Part shown: positions 54,218 to 63,690 of the stretch, in pieces | Numbering within the stretch: the first letter of the stretch is position 1 | How the letters are laid out: every line of letters begins with the position of its first letter | Source: an uncultured Chlamydiae bacterium | GTDB lineage: Bacteria > Chlamydiota > Chlamydiia > Chlamydiales > Parachlamydiaceae | Direction of reading: 5' to 3' | NCBI GenBank assembly: GCA_963754655.1 | Contig: CAVWGN010000001.1 | Location: forward strand, 1,888,001 to 1,952,000 | DNA: 64,000 nt | Translations under genes and position numbers: made by a program | Notes under the pieces: generated by a model | The model's input: only the letters and a program-made list of their open reading frames with translations | What the model was told of the DNA's origin: nothing | Databases searched by the model: none

Positions 54218-54487
54218 ACTAGTACTCCATTAGATCAGTTTTAACCTATTGGAGCGTTTTTTTTATGCCTTTCGCCAACGACTATTAAAATTGTCATCCT
54301 CAAATGAAAATTATTATATGATTAAATAAATCAAAAATTTTAATTAAATTAAATAATTAATTTAATTATATTTATATTAATTTTTTGACAAATTAAACAT
54401 TAATTCATAAAATAATAATTAGGAAAGTGCTTAATTTTGATTTTTATTGTTTGAAGGTTGTGTATTGCACAATAAGGAGGAAAAAAC

Positions 54488-54622
54488 ATGGTTAAAGAAT
54501 CAAAACAGCGGAAAGAGGGAAGAAAAAAACCTCAAATGACGCTTAAAGAACGTAGAGCTAAAAAGCATGACAAAAAACAGTTTAAGCAAGAGCATCAAAT
54601 TGATGAGCATCTAACTGAATAG
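54488..54622 (+). CDS. Small basic protein (44 aa), absent from the ORF track
   Basis: AAGGAGG RBS 7 nt upstream; MVKESKQRKEGRKKPQMTLKERRAKKHDKKQFKQEHQIDEHLTE. Confidence 0.7.
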   Translation: MVKESKQRKEGRKKPQMTLKERRAKKHDKKQFKQEHQIDEHLTE

Positions 54623-54814
54623 CCTGTTAAGCGATCAGGTTAAGTCATTGTTAGTGTAAGAGTTGTGAGTGTAAGCCTTCTTTTAAAGTAAAAAAAACCA
54701 AAAGAGGCGATGAAATGTGACTTCCATACAAGAGCAATAAATTAATTGCAATTGCTGTGAAATGGTCCGATATTGGATAATGATTTTGCGTTTATCCAAT
54801 AAAGGAGTATAAAA

Positions 54815-55306
54815 ATGAAATCATTTCATCTATTGACAATTATTTTTTCTCTTGTTTTTGTAAATTTAGCTTGTGCTGAGCAAGAACAATCCCAACTTCT
54901 TGTAACTCCAATTAAGGAAGTAAAAGTTGAGGAAATTGATTTTGAAAATCTGCCTGAACAATCCCAAATTGGTAATTTAGCAGAGGTGGTAAAAAGTGAG
55001 GAAAGTCTATTAGAAAAGTTGTCTGACCATATTCAAGGCCAGCTTATTCTGCATCCTTATGCAGAAAGTTTAGCCTATATCAATGGACAACTTTGTCATG
55101 TAGGCAATTATTCTCAATCTGTTATCTATACTGTATTGGAAGGGCCTTATTACGGCACTCAAACTACATTAGCCTATAACGGAGTTGTTCTTTATGTGAA
55201 CTATGATTATGTCATGGAATATACTCCATATGGTGTTGTTCTCCACCATCATTACTCTGATTCAGAAGTTGTGACCGGTTCCAATCAAGTCATCATTTTC
55301 AATTAA
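54815..55306 (+). CDS. Hypothetical exported protein
   Basis: AAGGAG RBS, signal peptide, Tyr-rich C-terminal half. Confidence 0.7.
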   Translation: MKSFHLLTIIFSLVFVNLACAEQEQSQLLVTPIKEVKVEEIDFENLPEQSQIGNLAEVVKSEESLLEKLSDHIQGQLILHPYAESLAYINGQLCHVGNYSQSVIYTVLEGPYYGTQTTLAYNGVVLYVNYDYVMEYTPYGVVLHHHYSDSEVVTGSNQVIIFN

Positions 55307-55327
55307 TGATTGAATAGTTTGTCAAAT

Positions 55328-55351
55328 ACGCTTTAGCTATAGCTAAAGCGT
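55328..55351. terminator. Hairpin between convergent genes
   Basis: Perfect palindrome ACGCTTTAGCTATAGCTAAAGCGT. Confidence 0.55.
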
Positions 55352-55364
55352 TTCTGGAGTTTGT

Positions 55365-56177
55365 CTAATAAAGAATTTTAGGGTAGATAGGTGTTGCAAT
55401 GGCTAGGAGAATCACGAAAGCCAAAAAATTTATGCCAAAATCTGTCCACAAGCCAAAATGAGTGGTTTCTCCTACAATCATCAAATAGCGCAAAGCATCA
55501 ACTTGGTAAGTTAAGGGATTGACGCTGGAAAGTGTTTTTAGCCAAGAAGGCATCATGTCTATAGGATATAAGGCATTACTTGCAAAGAATAGAGGCATAG
55601 TCAGGACTTGACCAATTCCCATAAATCTTTCTCGTTTTTTGACAATAGCAGCGAAAGTGAGTGACAACGTTGAGAAGAAGGCGCCACCTAATAAAATCAT
55701 GGCGCAAATGCCCAACAAGGAAAACAAATCAAATTTTAAATGGATATCTAAAAAAAAAGAGAGTAAATAGATAACCAAAATTTGAGATAAGCCTCGAATT
55801 CCTCCAGCAATCGCTCTTCCTAAAATTAAGAGAGATCGTGGGGCTGGAGTGACTAAGATTTTATGCAGGATTCCCATATCTCGTTCCCATATCAAAGCAA
55901 TTCCAAAAAATATTCCAATAAAAAGGACGCTTTGCGCTAGTATTCCGGGGGCCATATAGTCAAGATAAGAAGATCCACTGATAGGAATAGCACGCACTTT
56001 AGCCATGGCCTGACCAAAAATCAATAGCCAAATGGCAGGCTGAATCATGCGAGTAAATAGCTCAAAAGGGTCGTGACGGAGCTTGCGTAAATCGGCTTCC
56101 ACAATTGCTAAAGTTTGTTGAAGGCCAATTAAAAATTTAGTCCAAATGTGAGAGGGTCTGCCTAATTTGCTTTGCAT
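55365..56177 (-). CDS. ABC-2 type permease (DrrB-like)
   Basis: YLDYMAPGIL, PLFFASNALYP, NPLTYQVDALR. Confidence 0.88.
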   Translation of the reverse strand: MQSKLGRPSHIWTKFLIGLQQTLAIVEADLRKLRHDPFELFTRMIQPAIWLLIFGQAMAKVRAIPISGSSYLDYMAPGILAQSVLFIGIFFGIALIWERDMGILHKILVTPAPRSLLILGRAIAGGIRGLSQILVIYLLSFFLDIHLKFDLFSLLGICAMILLGGAFFSTLSLTFAAIVKKRERFMGIGQVLTMPLFFASNALYPIDMMPSWLKTLSSVNPLTYQVDALRYLMIVGETTHFGLWTDFGINFLAFVILLAIATPIYPKILY

Positions 56178-56937
56178 GATTAAAATCGCCTCCTTCGACG
56201 ATGGAAGTGCCTGTAGACTGAATAAATACATCATTTAGAGTAGCTTCAGGACCTAACTCTTTTTTGAGGTTAGCCGGAGAGTCCATTTTCAAAATATGGC
56301 CTAAATGCATGAAAGCGATGACATCGCAAAGCATATCTGCTTCCTCCATATCATGGGTTGTCATGAGAATCGTGGTCCCAAATTGCTTACGTAACTCCTT
56401 AATGCGACTCCACACGATTCTCCGAGCAGAAGGATCTAAACCCACTGTGGGTTCGTCAAGAAAAAGGACATGTGGTTCATGGACCAGTGCTTGTGCAATC
56501 TCGAGCCGCCTAATCATTCCTCCTGAAAATTGATTGACCAGCTGATCGGCAAATTCTGATAAACCCATAAAATTGAAAAGTTCCTCTATTCTTTTTTGGC
56601 GTTTATGTTTAGGAAGTCCATAAAGTTTGGTCGAAAGTAAGAGATTTTCATAAGCTGTCAAATCGCCATCTGCAGAGAGAAGCTGCGGCACATAGCCAAT
56701 ATGTTGACGGACAAGTCGAGCCTCGCATACAATGTCATGTCCACTAATTTTAGCTGTTCCTAAGGTAGGAGGTAAAAGAGTCGTCAGCATTTTGAGGAGG
56801 GTACTCTTTCCTGCTCCATTAGGGCCTAATAAGCCTAAGATTTTTCCTGCTTGAACCGTAAAAGAAATATGATCTACCGCGGCATGTGAATTGTAACAAT
56901 GTGTTAACTCTAAGACTTCGATCGAAAGAGATTTCAT
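56137..56937 (-). CDS. ABC transporter ATP-binding protein (DrrA-like)
   Basis: GPNGAGKST, FSGGM, LFLDEPTVGLD. Confidence 0.9.
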   Translation of the reverse strand: MKSLSIEVLELTHCYNSHAAVDHISFTVQAGKILGLLGPNGAGKSTLLKMLTTLLPPTLGTAKISGHDIVCEARLVRQHIGYVPQLLSADGDLTAYENLLLSTKLYGLPKHKRQKRIEELFNFMGLSEFADQLVNQFSGGMIRRLEIAQALVHEPHVLFLDEPTVGLDPSARRIVWSRIKELRKQFGTTILMTTHDMEEADMLCDVIAFMHLGHILKMDSPANLKKELGPEATLNDVFIQSTGTSIVEGGDFNHAKQIRQTLSHLD

Positions 56938-56948
56938 GCGCTGGATGA

Positions 56949-57380
56949 TTAAAAAGATTTTAAAATAGAACAACAATGGCCACATTTTTTGGCGTCAATA
57001 GGAATGGACATCCGACATTCGGGGCAATCTTTAGTCTTTGGAACTTCTTCATTTTTTTCTGGTTCGGTTTGGCGAAGTTTATTCATAGCTTTAATGATGA
57101 GAAAAATTGTTCCAGCCACTATGAGAAAGTCGATAACATTATTAATAAATACGCCGTACTTCAAATCGACAGGTGAAGCAGCAGTTCCAGGTAGATGCAT
57201 TTTCAAGGCAAGTTTACTGAAATCAATTCCCCCAATAAAAAGCCCTAAGGGAGGCAGGATGACATCAGATACAAGAGAACTGACAACCTTGCTAAAAGCG
57301 GCTCCTATGATAATTCCGATGGCCATATCTACCATATTTCCTTTAAGGGCAAATACTTTGAATTCCTGCCATAATGACAT
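56949..57380 (-). CDS. mscL: Large-conductance mechanosensitive channel with C-terminal CxxC..CxxC
   Basis: FALKGNMVDMAIGIIIGAAFSKVVSSLV; CPEC...CGHC tail. Confidence 0.93.
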   Translation of the reverse strand: MSLWQEFKVFALKGNMVDMAIGIIIGAAFSKVVSSLVSDVILPPLGLFIGGIDFSKLALKMHLPGTAASPVDLKYGVFINNVIDFLIVAGTIFLIIKAMNKLRQTEPEKNEEVPKTKDCPECRMSIPIDAKKCGHCCSILKSF

Positions 57381-57884
57381 ATTTTCCTCCCTAGTATTGA
57401 TCTTTCAATCTTCTCATTTTTAATTGACATGAGTCATTGAAAGAGGTTAATAAGTCGCATTAGAACAAAGCAATCGTATATTGTCAATCCTGACTCTGTT
57501 TTTAGACACTTATTAGATGCAACCTCAGAAAACGAGGTTGTAAAAGAAATTAGGAATACCTCCCAGGGTGCGGGCCGAATTTCACTTGAAGAAAGTAGAG
57601 CTGCAATCCTATCTCTCTCTGATTGACCGTCCGGTTTGCGAAATCATTGTTCCGCTTTGATATTTACTTATCTCGAAAGACATCTGTGACCTCATGCCTT
57701 CTGCGGTTTCTAGAGTCCTGCCCGAAACACTTTCATGGCCTTATCAAACGCGCACTTCATTGCCTGCTTTTTAAGCCTTAAGAAAAAATTTTACAGCTCC
57801 GATTATCTATAGATTTTAAATCATTAAATTGTTATCGAAGAACAGAAATCTAAATTTGTCAATTACTTAAGGAGAAAATTAGCT

Positions 57885-58922
57885 ATGAGTTTTAGAAGTC
57901 TACTGCACATCGCCTTCTGTCTATGCATTTGTCCTCTCACCGCCTCTCTCATTTATGTTTCGGATCCACTAGTCACACAAGAAAATGGCGCATTTAATCC
58001 CATTCATTGGAGCCTTTTATCTGAGCTAAAATCTCAAAAATATTCTTTTTGGTTTAGAGATTCTACTCATAGACAAAATTTAGAAGAGCAACATTTTTAT
58101 CTTTTTGATGAACTATTAGCAATTGGACAAACCCCCTTTCAAGATTATGCTTTTATCCATTCAAAGAGCTATGGAAAGATTCTGTATATTGATGGAGAAG
58201 TGCAATCTTCAGAAAAAGATGAGTTTATTTATCATGAAAGTCTTGTGCATCCTGCCATGATTGCTCATTCTTGTCCTAAATCCGTTCTTGTAATTGGAGC
58301 AGGAGAAGGAGCCGCTGCTCGAGAAATTTTGCGACACCCTTCTGTTGAACAATTGGTTTTAGTTGATATTGATGGAGACATTATCCAAAAATGTAAAGAT
58401 CTCTTAAAAGAATGGCATCAAGGTTCTTTTGATCACCCAAAATCCCAATTGCTCATCATGGATGGAAAGGAATATGTGGAAAGCAAAATAAAAAAATTTG
58501 ATATTATTTTTATCGACATCTGTGACAAATTAGATAATAGCCCTGCTGGAAAGCTATATACTAAGGAATTTTATCAATCTGTAAAAGAAATTCTAAATCC
58601 CAATGGCATTGTCGTTGTTCAGGCCATGGAGTTTGATGCAAGAGTAAGTAATGATCATTTAATCGTTCACCATAACCTTCAGAAAGTCTTCTCTCATACC
58701 GTTTCATATGGGGCCTATGTTCCTTCTTTTTGGTGTATGTGGGGATTTGTCATTGCATCTGATCATTCATCCTTAATTAACCTCACGAAGAAAAAAATCA
58801 ATGAAACTTTGAAAAGTCGAGGTTTAGACCATCAATTGCAACATTATGATGGCGAAACACATAGAAATATGTTTTCTATACCTAAGGAACTAAGAAAAGC
58901 CCTTAAAAATGCTGTCTACTAG
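57885..58922 (+). CDS. speE: Spermidine synthase-family aminopropyltransferase
   Basis: TPFQ, LYIDGEVQ, YHESLVHP, IGAGEG, VDID. Confidence 0.85.
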   Translation: MSFRSLLHIAFCLCICPLTASLIYVSDPLVTQENGAFNPIHWSLLSELKSQKYSFWFRDSTHRQNLEEQHFYLFDELLAIGQTPFQDYAFIHSKSYGKILYIDGEVQSSEKDEFIYHESLVHPAMIAHSCPKSVLVIGAGEGAAAREILRHPSVEQLVLVDIDGDIIQKCKDLLKEWHQGSFDHPKSQLLIMDGKEYVESKIKKFDIIFIDICDKLDNSPAGKLYTKEFYQSVKEILNPNGIVVVQAMEFDARVSNDHLIVHHNLQKVFSHTVSYGAYVPSFWCMWGFVIASDHSSLINLTKKKINETLKSRGLDHQLQHYDGETHRNMFSIPKELRKALKNAVY

Positions 58923-58933
58923 ATAGGATGAAT

Positions 58934-58958
58934 GGAGCGGCAATGTCATTGCCGCTCC
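58934..58958. terminator. Hairpin between convergent speE and speD
   Basis: GGAGCGGCAATG-T-CATTGCCGCTCC. Confidence 0.65.
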
Positions 58959-58967
58959 TCAGGATAA

Positions 58968-59411
58968 TTAATCTTCTTTTTCGTTCACTTCTGAATTTCG
59001 AAGAAAAAGTTGTTTATGCATTTGCTTAGGCTTCAAATAACTTGCTAGAACCTCTTCAAACCTTGAGGCATCGCATGAATGTCCACAAGTAAAAAAATCG
59101 ATAAAGCAAGCACCGTATTCTGGATAGGTATGAATACTTGCATGACTTTCTGAGAGAAGAATGACCATTGTAAAACCATTGGGCGGAAAAATATGCTTGA
59201 CTGACGATAAAATGGTGGCACCGGACGCTTTAGCAGCCTCTGCCATGGTCTTCTCTAGATGATCTAAATCAACCAAAGCTTCCTTGTTGCAATTGATATA
59301 ACTAGCCATCAAATGATGCCCAACAAATTCATAAGCATTCTCTTCTGCCTGAAGAGAGACAAAATAAAGGAGAGCGCAAAGACCCAAAGATTTAAAATAT
59401 TTACTTATCAT
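58968..59411 (-). CDS. speD: S-adenosylmethionine decarboxylase proenzyme (short prokaryotic type)
   Basis: GHHL, LSESHASIHTYPE, DFFTCG. Confidence 0.88.
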   Translation of the reverse strand: MISKYFKSLGLCALLYFVSLQAEENAYEFVGHHLMASYINCNKEALVDLDHLEKTMAEAAKASGATILSSVKHIFPPNGFTMVILLSESHASIHTYPEYGACFIDFFTCGHSCDASRFEEVLASYLKPKQMHKQLFLRNSEVNEKED

Positions 59412-59500
59412 TTTTTTTGTTACCCAAAATTTTAAATGACTTTATTTTTATCTGAATAAATTTTTTTTTGCAATCCGCTTTATTTGTTTATGCTTTACTA

Positions 59501-60562
59501 TTAAATCGCTGTGAGGGGTTGTCTTGTGATCATCCAACAACGATGAATTTTGCAATCATGAAAATCGATAGGAATGGTTTTACCTGTAATATCTTCTATA
59601 GAATAACAGTTAAAAATTTGAGTTTCAAAAATAAATTTTCGAGAGTTCGTACTAAAAAAGATCATTCCTTCTTCTGAAAGAAGCTTCAAAGCTTTAGATA
59701 TAATAGGAATATAATCCACTTGGATATCAAATAGCTGTGCCATCTTCTTTGATCGCGAAATAGTGGGAGGATCAATGATGATGAGATCATATTTTGCTCC
59801 AGCTTGAATTTCCTCATCTAAAAATTTGAGACAATCTGCTCGCACAATTTCATTATTTTTAAGCGGAAGAGAATTCAGTTCAAAATTATCTTTTCCCCAA
59901 GCTGTGTAAGTGTTTGACATATCGACACTCTTGGTAAAAGCAGCTCCTGCAACAGCGGCATGTACACTAAAAGAACAAGTATAAGCGAAGAGATTCAGCA
60001 ATCGTTTTCCCTTAGCCCTAGCAGCAACCATGCGCCGCGTTTCGCGATGGTCAAGAAAAAGGCCTGTATCTAAGTAGTCGTATAAATTGACTTTGAATTT
60101 TATTCCATACTCAAAAACAGAAAAAAATTCTTGGGAATCATCTCTTTTTTCATATTGCCTTGTCTCCTTTTTACGTGCTCGAGTTCGCCAATAGATGTCT
60201 TGATGTGCAGCTCCAAAGACAATATGTAAAGCTTTTTCTGTCTCTTTAATAAGATCGAGCGGAGGTTCACTTTCCTCACGCGATCGAGAAAAATATTGCA
60301 CGCAGAATCTTCCAGCATAAAAGTCAATTGCTAAAGGATACTGGCGAATTTCTCGATCATAAATGCGAAAGCAATCTGTTGCAGATCGCTTAGCCCATTT
60401 ACGTACATGACGATAATTTTTTCGAAGGCGATTTGCAAGCGGCGAACTTTTATTTTCACCATCTGCAATATTAGGTAGAGAAAGGTCTATTTTATCAAAA
60501 TGCATTTTTTTTGCTTTGCTTTCCAAGCAGAAATATTTAATTCTGAAATCAATAAATTTCAA
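59501..60562 (-). CDS. RlmK/RlmI-type rRNA SAM-dependent methyltransferase
   Basis: DYLDTGLFLDHR, LLNLFAYT, VDMSNTY, IDPPT. Confidence 0.85.
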   Translation of the reverse strand: MKFIDFRIKYFCLESKAKKMHFDKIDLSLPNIADGENKSSPLANRLRKNYRHVRKWAKRSATDCFRIYDREIRQYPLAIDFYAGRFCVQYFSRSREESEPPLDLIKETEKALHIVFGAAHQDIYWRTRARKKETRQYEKRDDSQEFFSVFEYGIKFKVNLYDYLDTGLFLDHRETRRMVAARAKGKRLLNLFAYTCSFSVHAAVAGAAFTKSVDMSNTYTAWGKDNFELNSLPLKNNEIVRADCLKFLDEEIQAGAKYDLIIIDPPTISRSKKMAQLFDIQVDYIPIISKALKLLSEEGMIFFSTNSRKFIFETQIFNCYSIEDITGKTIPIDFHDCKIHRCWMITRQPLTAI

Positions 60563-60614
60563 AAAATGAAGTTTCTGGATAAATCAATAATTAAATCATT
60601 GGATTTAAATAATC

Positions 60615-61760
60615 TTAAGACTTGATTCTAACATCAATCGCCTTTAAATAAAGCTCTTGCTGAGTCATTATTGTTCCATTGAGAAGTTGGATACTTCCTC
60701 CCTTAGGAAGAATATAGGCTAAATTGTTATAGGGATCGACAAAGTTAGGATCAAGATCAATCGCTTTCAAATAAAGCTCAGGCCGAGTGATGGTTGTTCC
60801 ATTGAGGAGATGAATACTTTCTAAAAGGAGAATATTGGCTAAATTGTTATAGGCATAAACAAAGTTAGGTTTAAGATCAATCACCTTCAAATAAAGCTCA
60901 TACTGAGTCATTGTGATTCCATTGAGAAGCAGAATGCTTTCTCCTTTAGAGAAAGTATTGGCTAAATTGTTATAGGGATCAGCAAAGTTAGGATCAAGAT
61001 CAATAGCTTTCAAATAAAGCTCTTGTTGAGTCATTTTTGTTCCATTGAGGAGCCGCACGCTTTCTTCTTTTAGAAGAGTAGTGGCTAAATTGTTATAAGC
61101 ATAAACCAAGTGAGCCTCAAGATCAATCGCCTTCAAATAAAGCTCTTGCTTAGTCATTTTTGTTCCATTGAGAAGCTGAATGCTTTCCCCCCAAGGAAGA
61201 ATATTGGCTAAATTACTATAATGAACCTGGTTAGGTTCAAGATCAATCGCCTTCAAATGAAGTGCTTGCTGAGTCATTTTTGTTCCGTTGAGAAGCTGAA
61301 TGCTTTCTCCCAAAGAAAGAGTATTGGCTAAACTGTTATAGGCAGTAGCATGATAAGGGTGAAGATCAATCGCCTTCAAATAAAGTGCTTGCTGAGTCGG
61401 TTTTGTTCTATCTAGTAGTTCAGGGCTATCTTTTGTAGGCTGGATATCTTTCTCTTTCTTTTTTGGAACGACTGAATTTTTAAGACTCAATTCCTCATGG
61501 GTAGTTTGCTGAGCAGCCTGATGAAAAAGCGGTTGTCTATCTGTCTCATTGCTATTATCGCTATCGTCGTCGTTATTTCTTATGAAGTGCTCACCCCTGA
61601 AGCAGCAACAACAATTACTTAAATAGCGATCAGCTAAGACGTCAAAAGCTGTCGACGCAGCAGTGAAAATTCTTTTTTGCTGATTGGTTAGAGAGGAGAA
61701 CATTCGATTGCTGAAACAAGATTCAACATCATTAGATGGAGGTGGGAAGTTAATGTTCAT
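60615..61760 (-). CDS. Protein with about six 41-aa TPR-like repeats
   Basis: LYLKAIDLDPNFADPYNNLANTFSKGESILLLNGITMTQYE units, 120-123-bp DNA period. Confidence 0.8.
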   Translation of the reverse strand: MNINFPPPSNDVESCFSNRMFSSLTNQQKRIFTAASTAFDVLADRYLSNCCCCFRGEHFIRNNDDDSDNSNETDRQPLFHQAAQQTTHEELSLKNSVVPKKKEKDIQPTKDSPELLDRTKPTQQALYLKAIDLHPYHATAYNSLANTLSLGESIQLLNGTKMTQQALHLKAIDLEPNQVHYSNLANILPWGESIQLLNGTKMTKQELYLKAIDLEAHLVYAYNNLATTLLKEESVRLLNGTKMTQQELYLKAIDLDPNFADPYNNLANTFSKGESILLLNGITMTQYELYLKVIDLKPNFVYAYNNLANILLLESIHLLNGTTITRPELYLKAIDLDPNFVDPYNNLAYILPKGGSIQLLNGTIMTQQELYLKAIDVRIKS

Positions 61761-61922
61761 AGTTGGTATCCTATTTAACAGATTAAATTTAAAAAATTTT
61801 AAATGATTTATTCCTTCTTATCAATTTCTATTTTCATCCTCTCAGGGCAAAAGCTATAAAAAATAATTTCCTGTAATTACCTTGATCACGTTTGGTTGTT
61901 CACGGGCAATCTTTAAAGATGC

Positions 61923-63089
61923 CTATATGTCTTTGACTTCAATGGCTACAATATTCAAAGAAATCATTTCATTGCTTGCATAATACTTCAATAATTGAGA
62001 GAGTCCCTCATGCTGCTCCGTACCCTTTAGCAAAGCTAAACCCTCGCTAGGATCAAATAGAGCAAGGCCATCTTGTATTTTTACACATGCAATGGTGTGA
62101 TTGTTAAAATGAATTAAATAACTGCCTGTGTCCAATGCTTCCAATTGTGTCAAGACACACGAAATCTTACCTCCTAGACGCAAGGCTTCAATTAATTCTA
62201 ATCCTACGTAATTGGCCATTGTTTGTACAATTGCATTATGTACTGAGTCATTCTTTTTAATGCCTGGATGCTGTTGATAAGACCAAATGGTGTCTAATTC
62301 AAGGATGAGAGCATAAAGGTCGGTTGATAGATCTATCCCCTGATTTTCGATCTGGTCAAGTACAAAATGACGTAGCGTTTCAGGTTGATCTTCTAGATCC
62401 AAGAAAGCTTCGATAGAAGATAATAATTCTTGATGATGAATGAAGGGAAGAACGGGATTTTTTCTTTGTAGAACTTTACAAAAGAAATCCCTTTCTTGTG
62501 ATTGAACTCTTCCTTGAATTCCCATTAAGCCATCATAAATCGCTTGCAGCTTAACACACATTTCATTGCTCTTTCCCTCTACAGCTTGAGCTGCAAGCAA
62601 TAAGTTAGCTATGTCATCTGTCCCTTCAGCCAACACATACTGAGATAAGAAGGTCATGGATTTACCCAAACATATTCCACTTGCAGGATGGTAAACGATA
62701 TCATGGGTGATGCGAAGGCCTTGCGTACGACCCATCTCTTCATACACAACTTTCAGATCCGGATGCCAGGCAGTCACGAAGCACTTTTGCAATCCTTCTA
62801 GGTTGGCAAAATTGCGAGAAGACATGTATATATTTTGTTGTTTAAGAGCAGATGAGAACCAACACCAATGGCGCACTGTAAGACAAAGACGTACAGTGGC
62901 ATATTGAACAGCCATTGCAATGATGCGAAAAATGGCATGTGCCATTTCATAAAGAATAGATAGGGCAGCTATTGCCGAAGGCTCTGGCAATGCGTGAGAT
63001 ACATGATTCGAAATCGCCACTAAGGGTATCATGTTTTTGCTGGTATCACACGTAACTCGACTAAGAGCTGATGAATTGAACATGCACAT
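61923..63089 (-). CDS. Hypothetical protein, candidate YopT/C58-like cysteine protease
   Basis: GICLGKSMTFL ... NNHTIAC ... LFDPSEG; true start may be MIPLVA near 63032. Confidence 0.55.
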   Translation of the reverse strand: MCMFNSSALSRVTCDTSKNMIPLVAISNHVSHALPEPSAIAALSILYEMAHAIFRIIAMAVQYATVRLCLTVRHWCWFSSALKQQNIYMSSRNFANLEGLQKCFVTAWHPDLKVVYEEMGRTQGLRITHDIVYHPASGICLGKSMTFLSQYVLAEGTDDIANLLLAAQAVEGKSNEMCVKLQAIYDGLMGIQGRVQSQERDFFCKVLQRKNPVLPFIHHQELLSSIEAFLDLEDQPETLRHFVLDQIENQGIDLSTDLYALILELDTIWSYQQHPGIKKNDSVHNAIVQTMANYVGLELIEALRLGGKISCVLTQLEALDTGSYLIHFNNHTIACVKIQDGLALFDPSEGLALLKGTEQHEGLSQLLKYYASNEMISLNIVAIEVKDI

Positions 63090-63661
63090 AATGCTGCTCG
63101 AATGGCATCAATGCGCGCAAGATAATTAGTTAGCTTATTTTCTACTTGATTAACATCTAAATCGTCCTCTGGTATAACAGAAAGACGTTGAAAACAGATG
63201 GCTAGATAAAATTTATCACGATGCGGGCCATCTCCATGTCGATTCAGGTTCCTTTCAAAAGCACTATAATCTCGGCGCGCTTCATATGGAGTAAAAATGC
63301 CCATGAAGCCACATCCTGTCATCAAGGCTCCATATCCTAATGCACGAGCACTATCGAAAGCATTTTCATACACCGCAATTTGAGCTTCTTGCGAAAGACT
63401 TTGTCCGTCTAAATAGCGATAGACTTCTGAAATAATCAAAAAAACAGATAAAGCAAGACAATAAACGCTCCGGATGGCTGAAATGAGAGGTGTTAAACAG
63501 ACCAAAGCAAAGCATTTAAAACGAATAAGAAAAGCTGGATCATGATTAAAAACTTCTCCAGAAGGAATATGATAAGGAAATTCATACTCTTTTTCACTAT
63601 ACTGAAGAAAAAGGGATCCCCACTCTGCATTGGCCTGTTTTTCTAGCCTAATCCCTGTCAT
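63029..63661 (-). CDS. Hypothetical membrane-associated protein
   Basis: Long bilobed hydrophobic stretch near residues 45-80. Confidence 0.6.
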   Translation of the reverse strand: MTGIRLEKQANAEWGSLFLQYSEKEYEFPYHIPSGEVFNHDPAFLIRFKCFALVCLTPLISAIRSVYCLALSVFLIISEVYRYLDGQSLSQEAQIAVYENAFDSARALGYGALMTGCGFMGIFTPYEARRDYSAFERNLNRHGDGPHRDKFYLAICFQRLSVIPEDDLDVNQVENKLTNYLARIDAIRAALCACSIHQLLVELRVIPAKT

Positions 63662-63690
63662 CTTATATCATCATTTAAAGATTGAGAAAA

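Noticed and set aside
56949..57030. Zinc-ribbon tail on MscL as a novelty
   Set aside because: CxxC..CxxC tails are already known on many bacterial MscL proteins.
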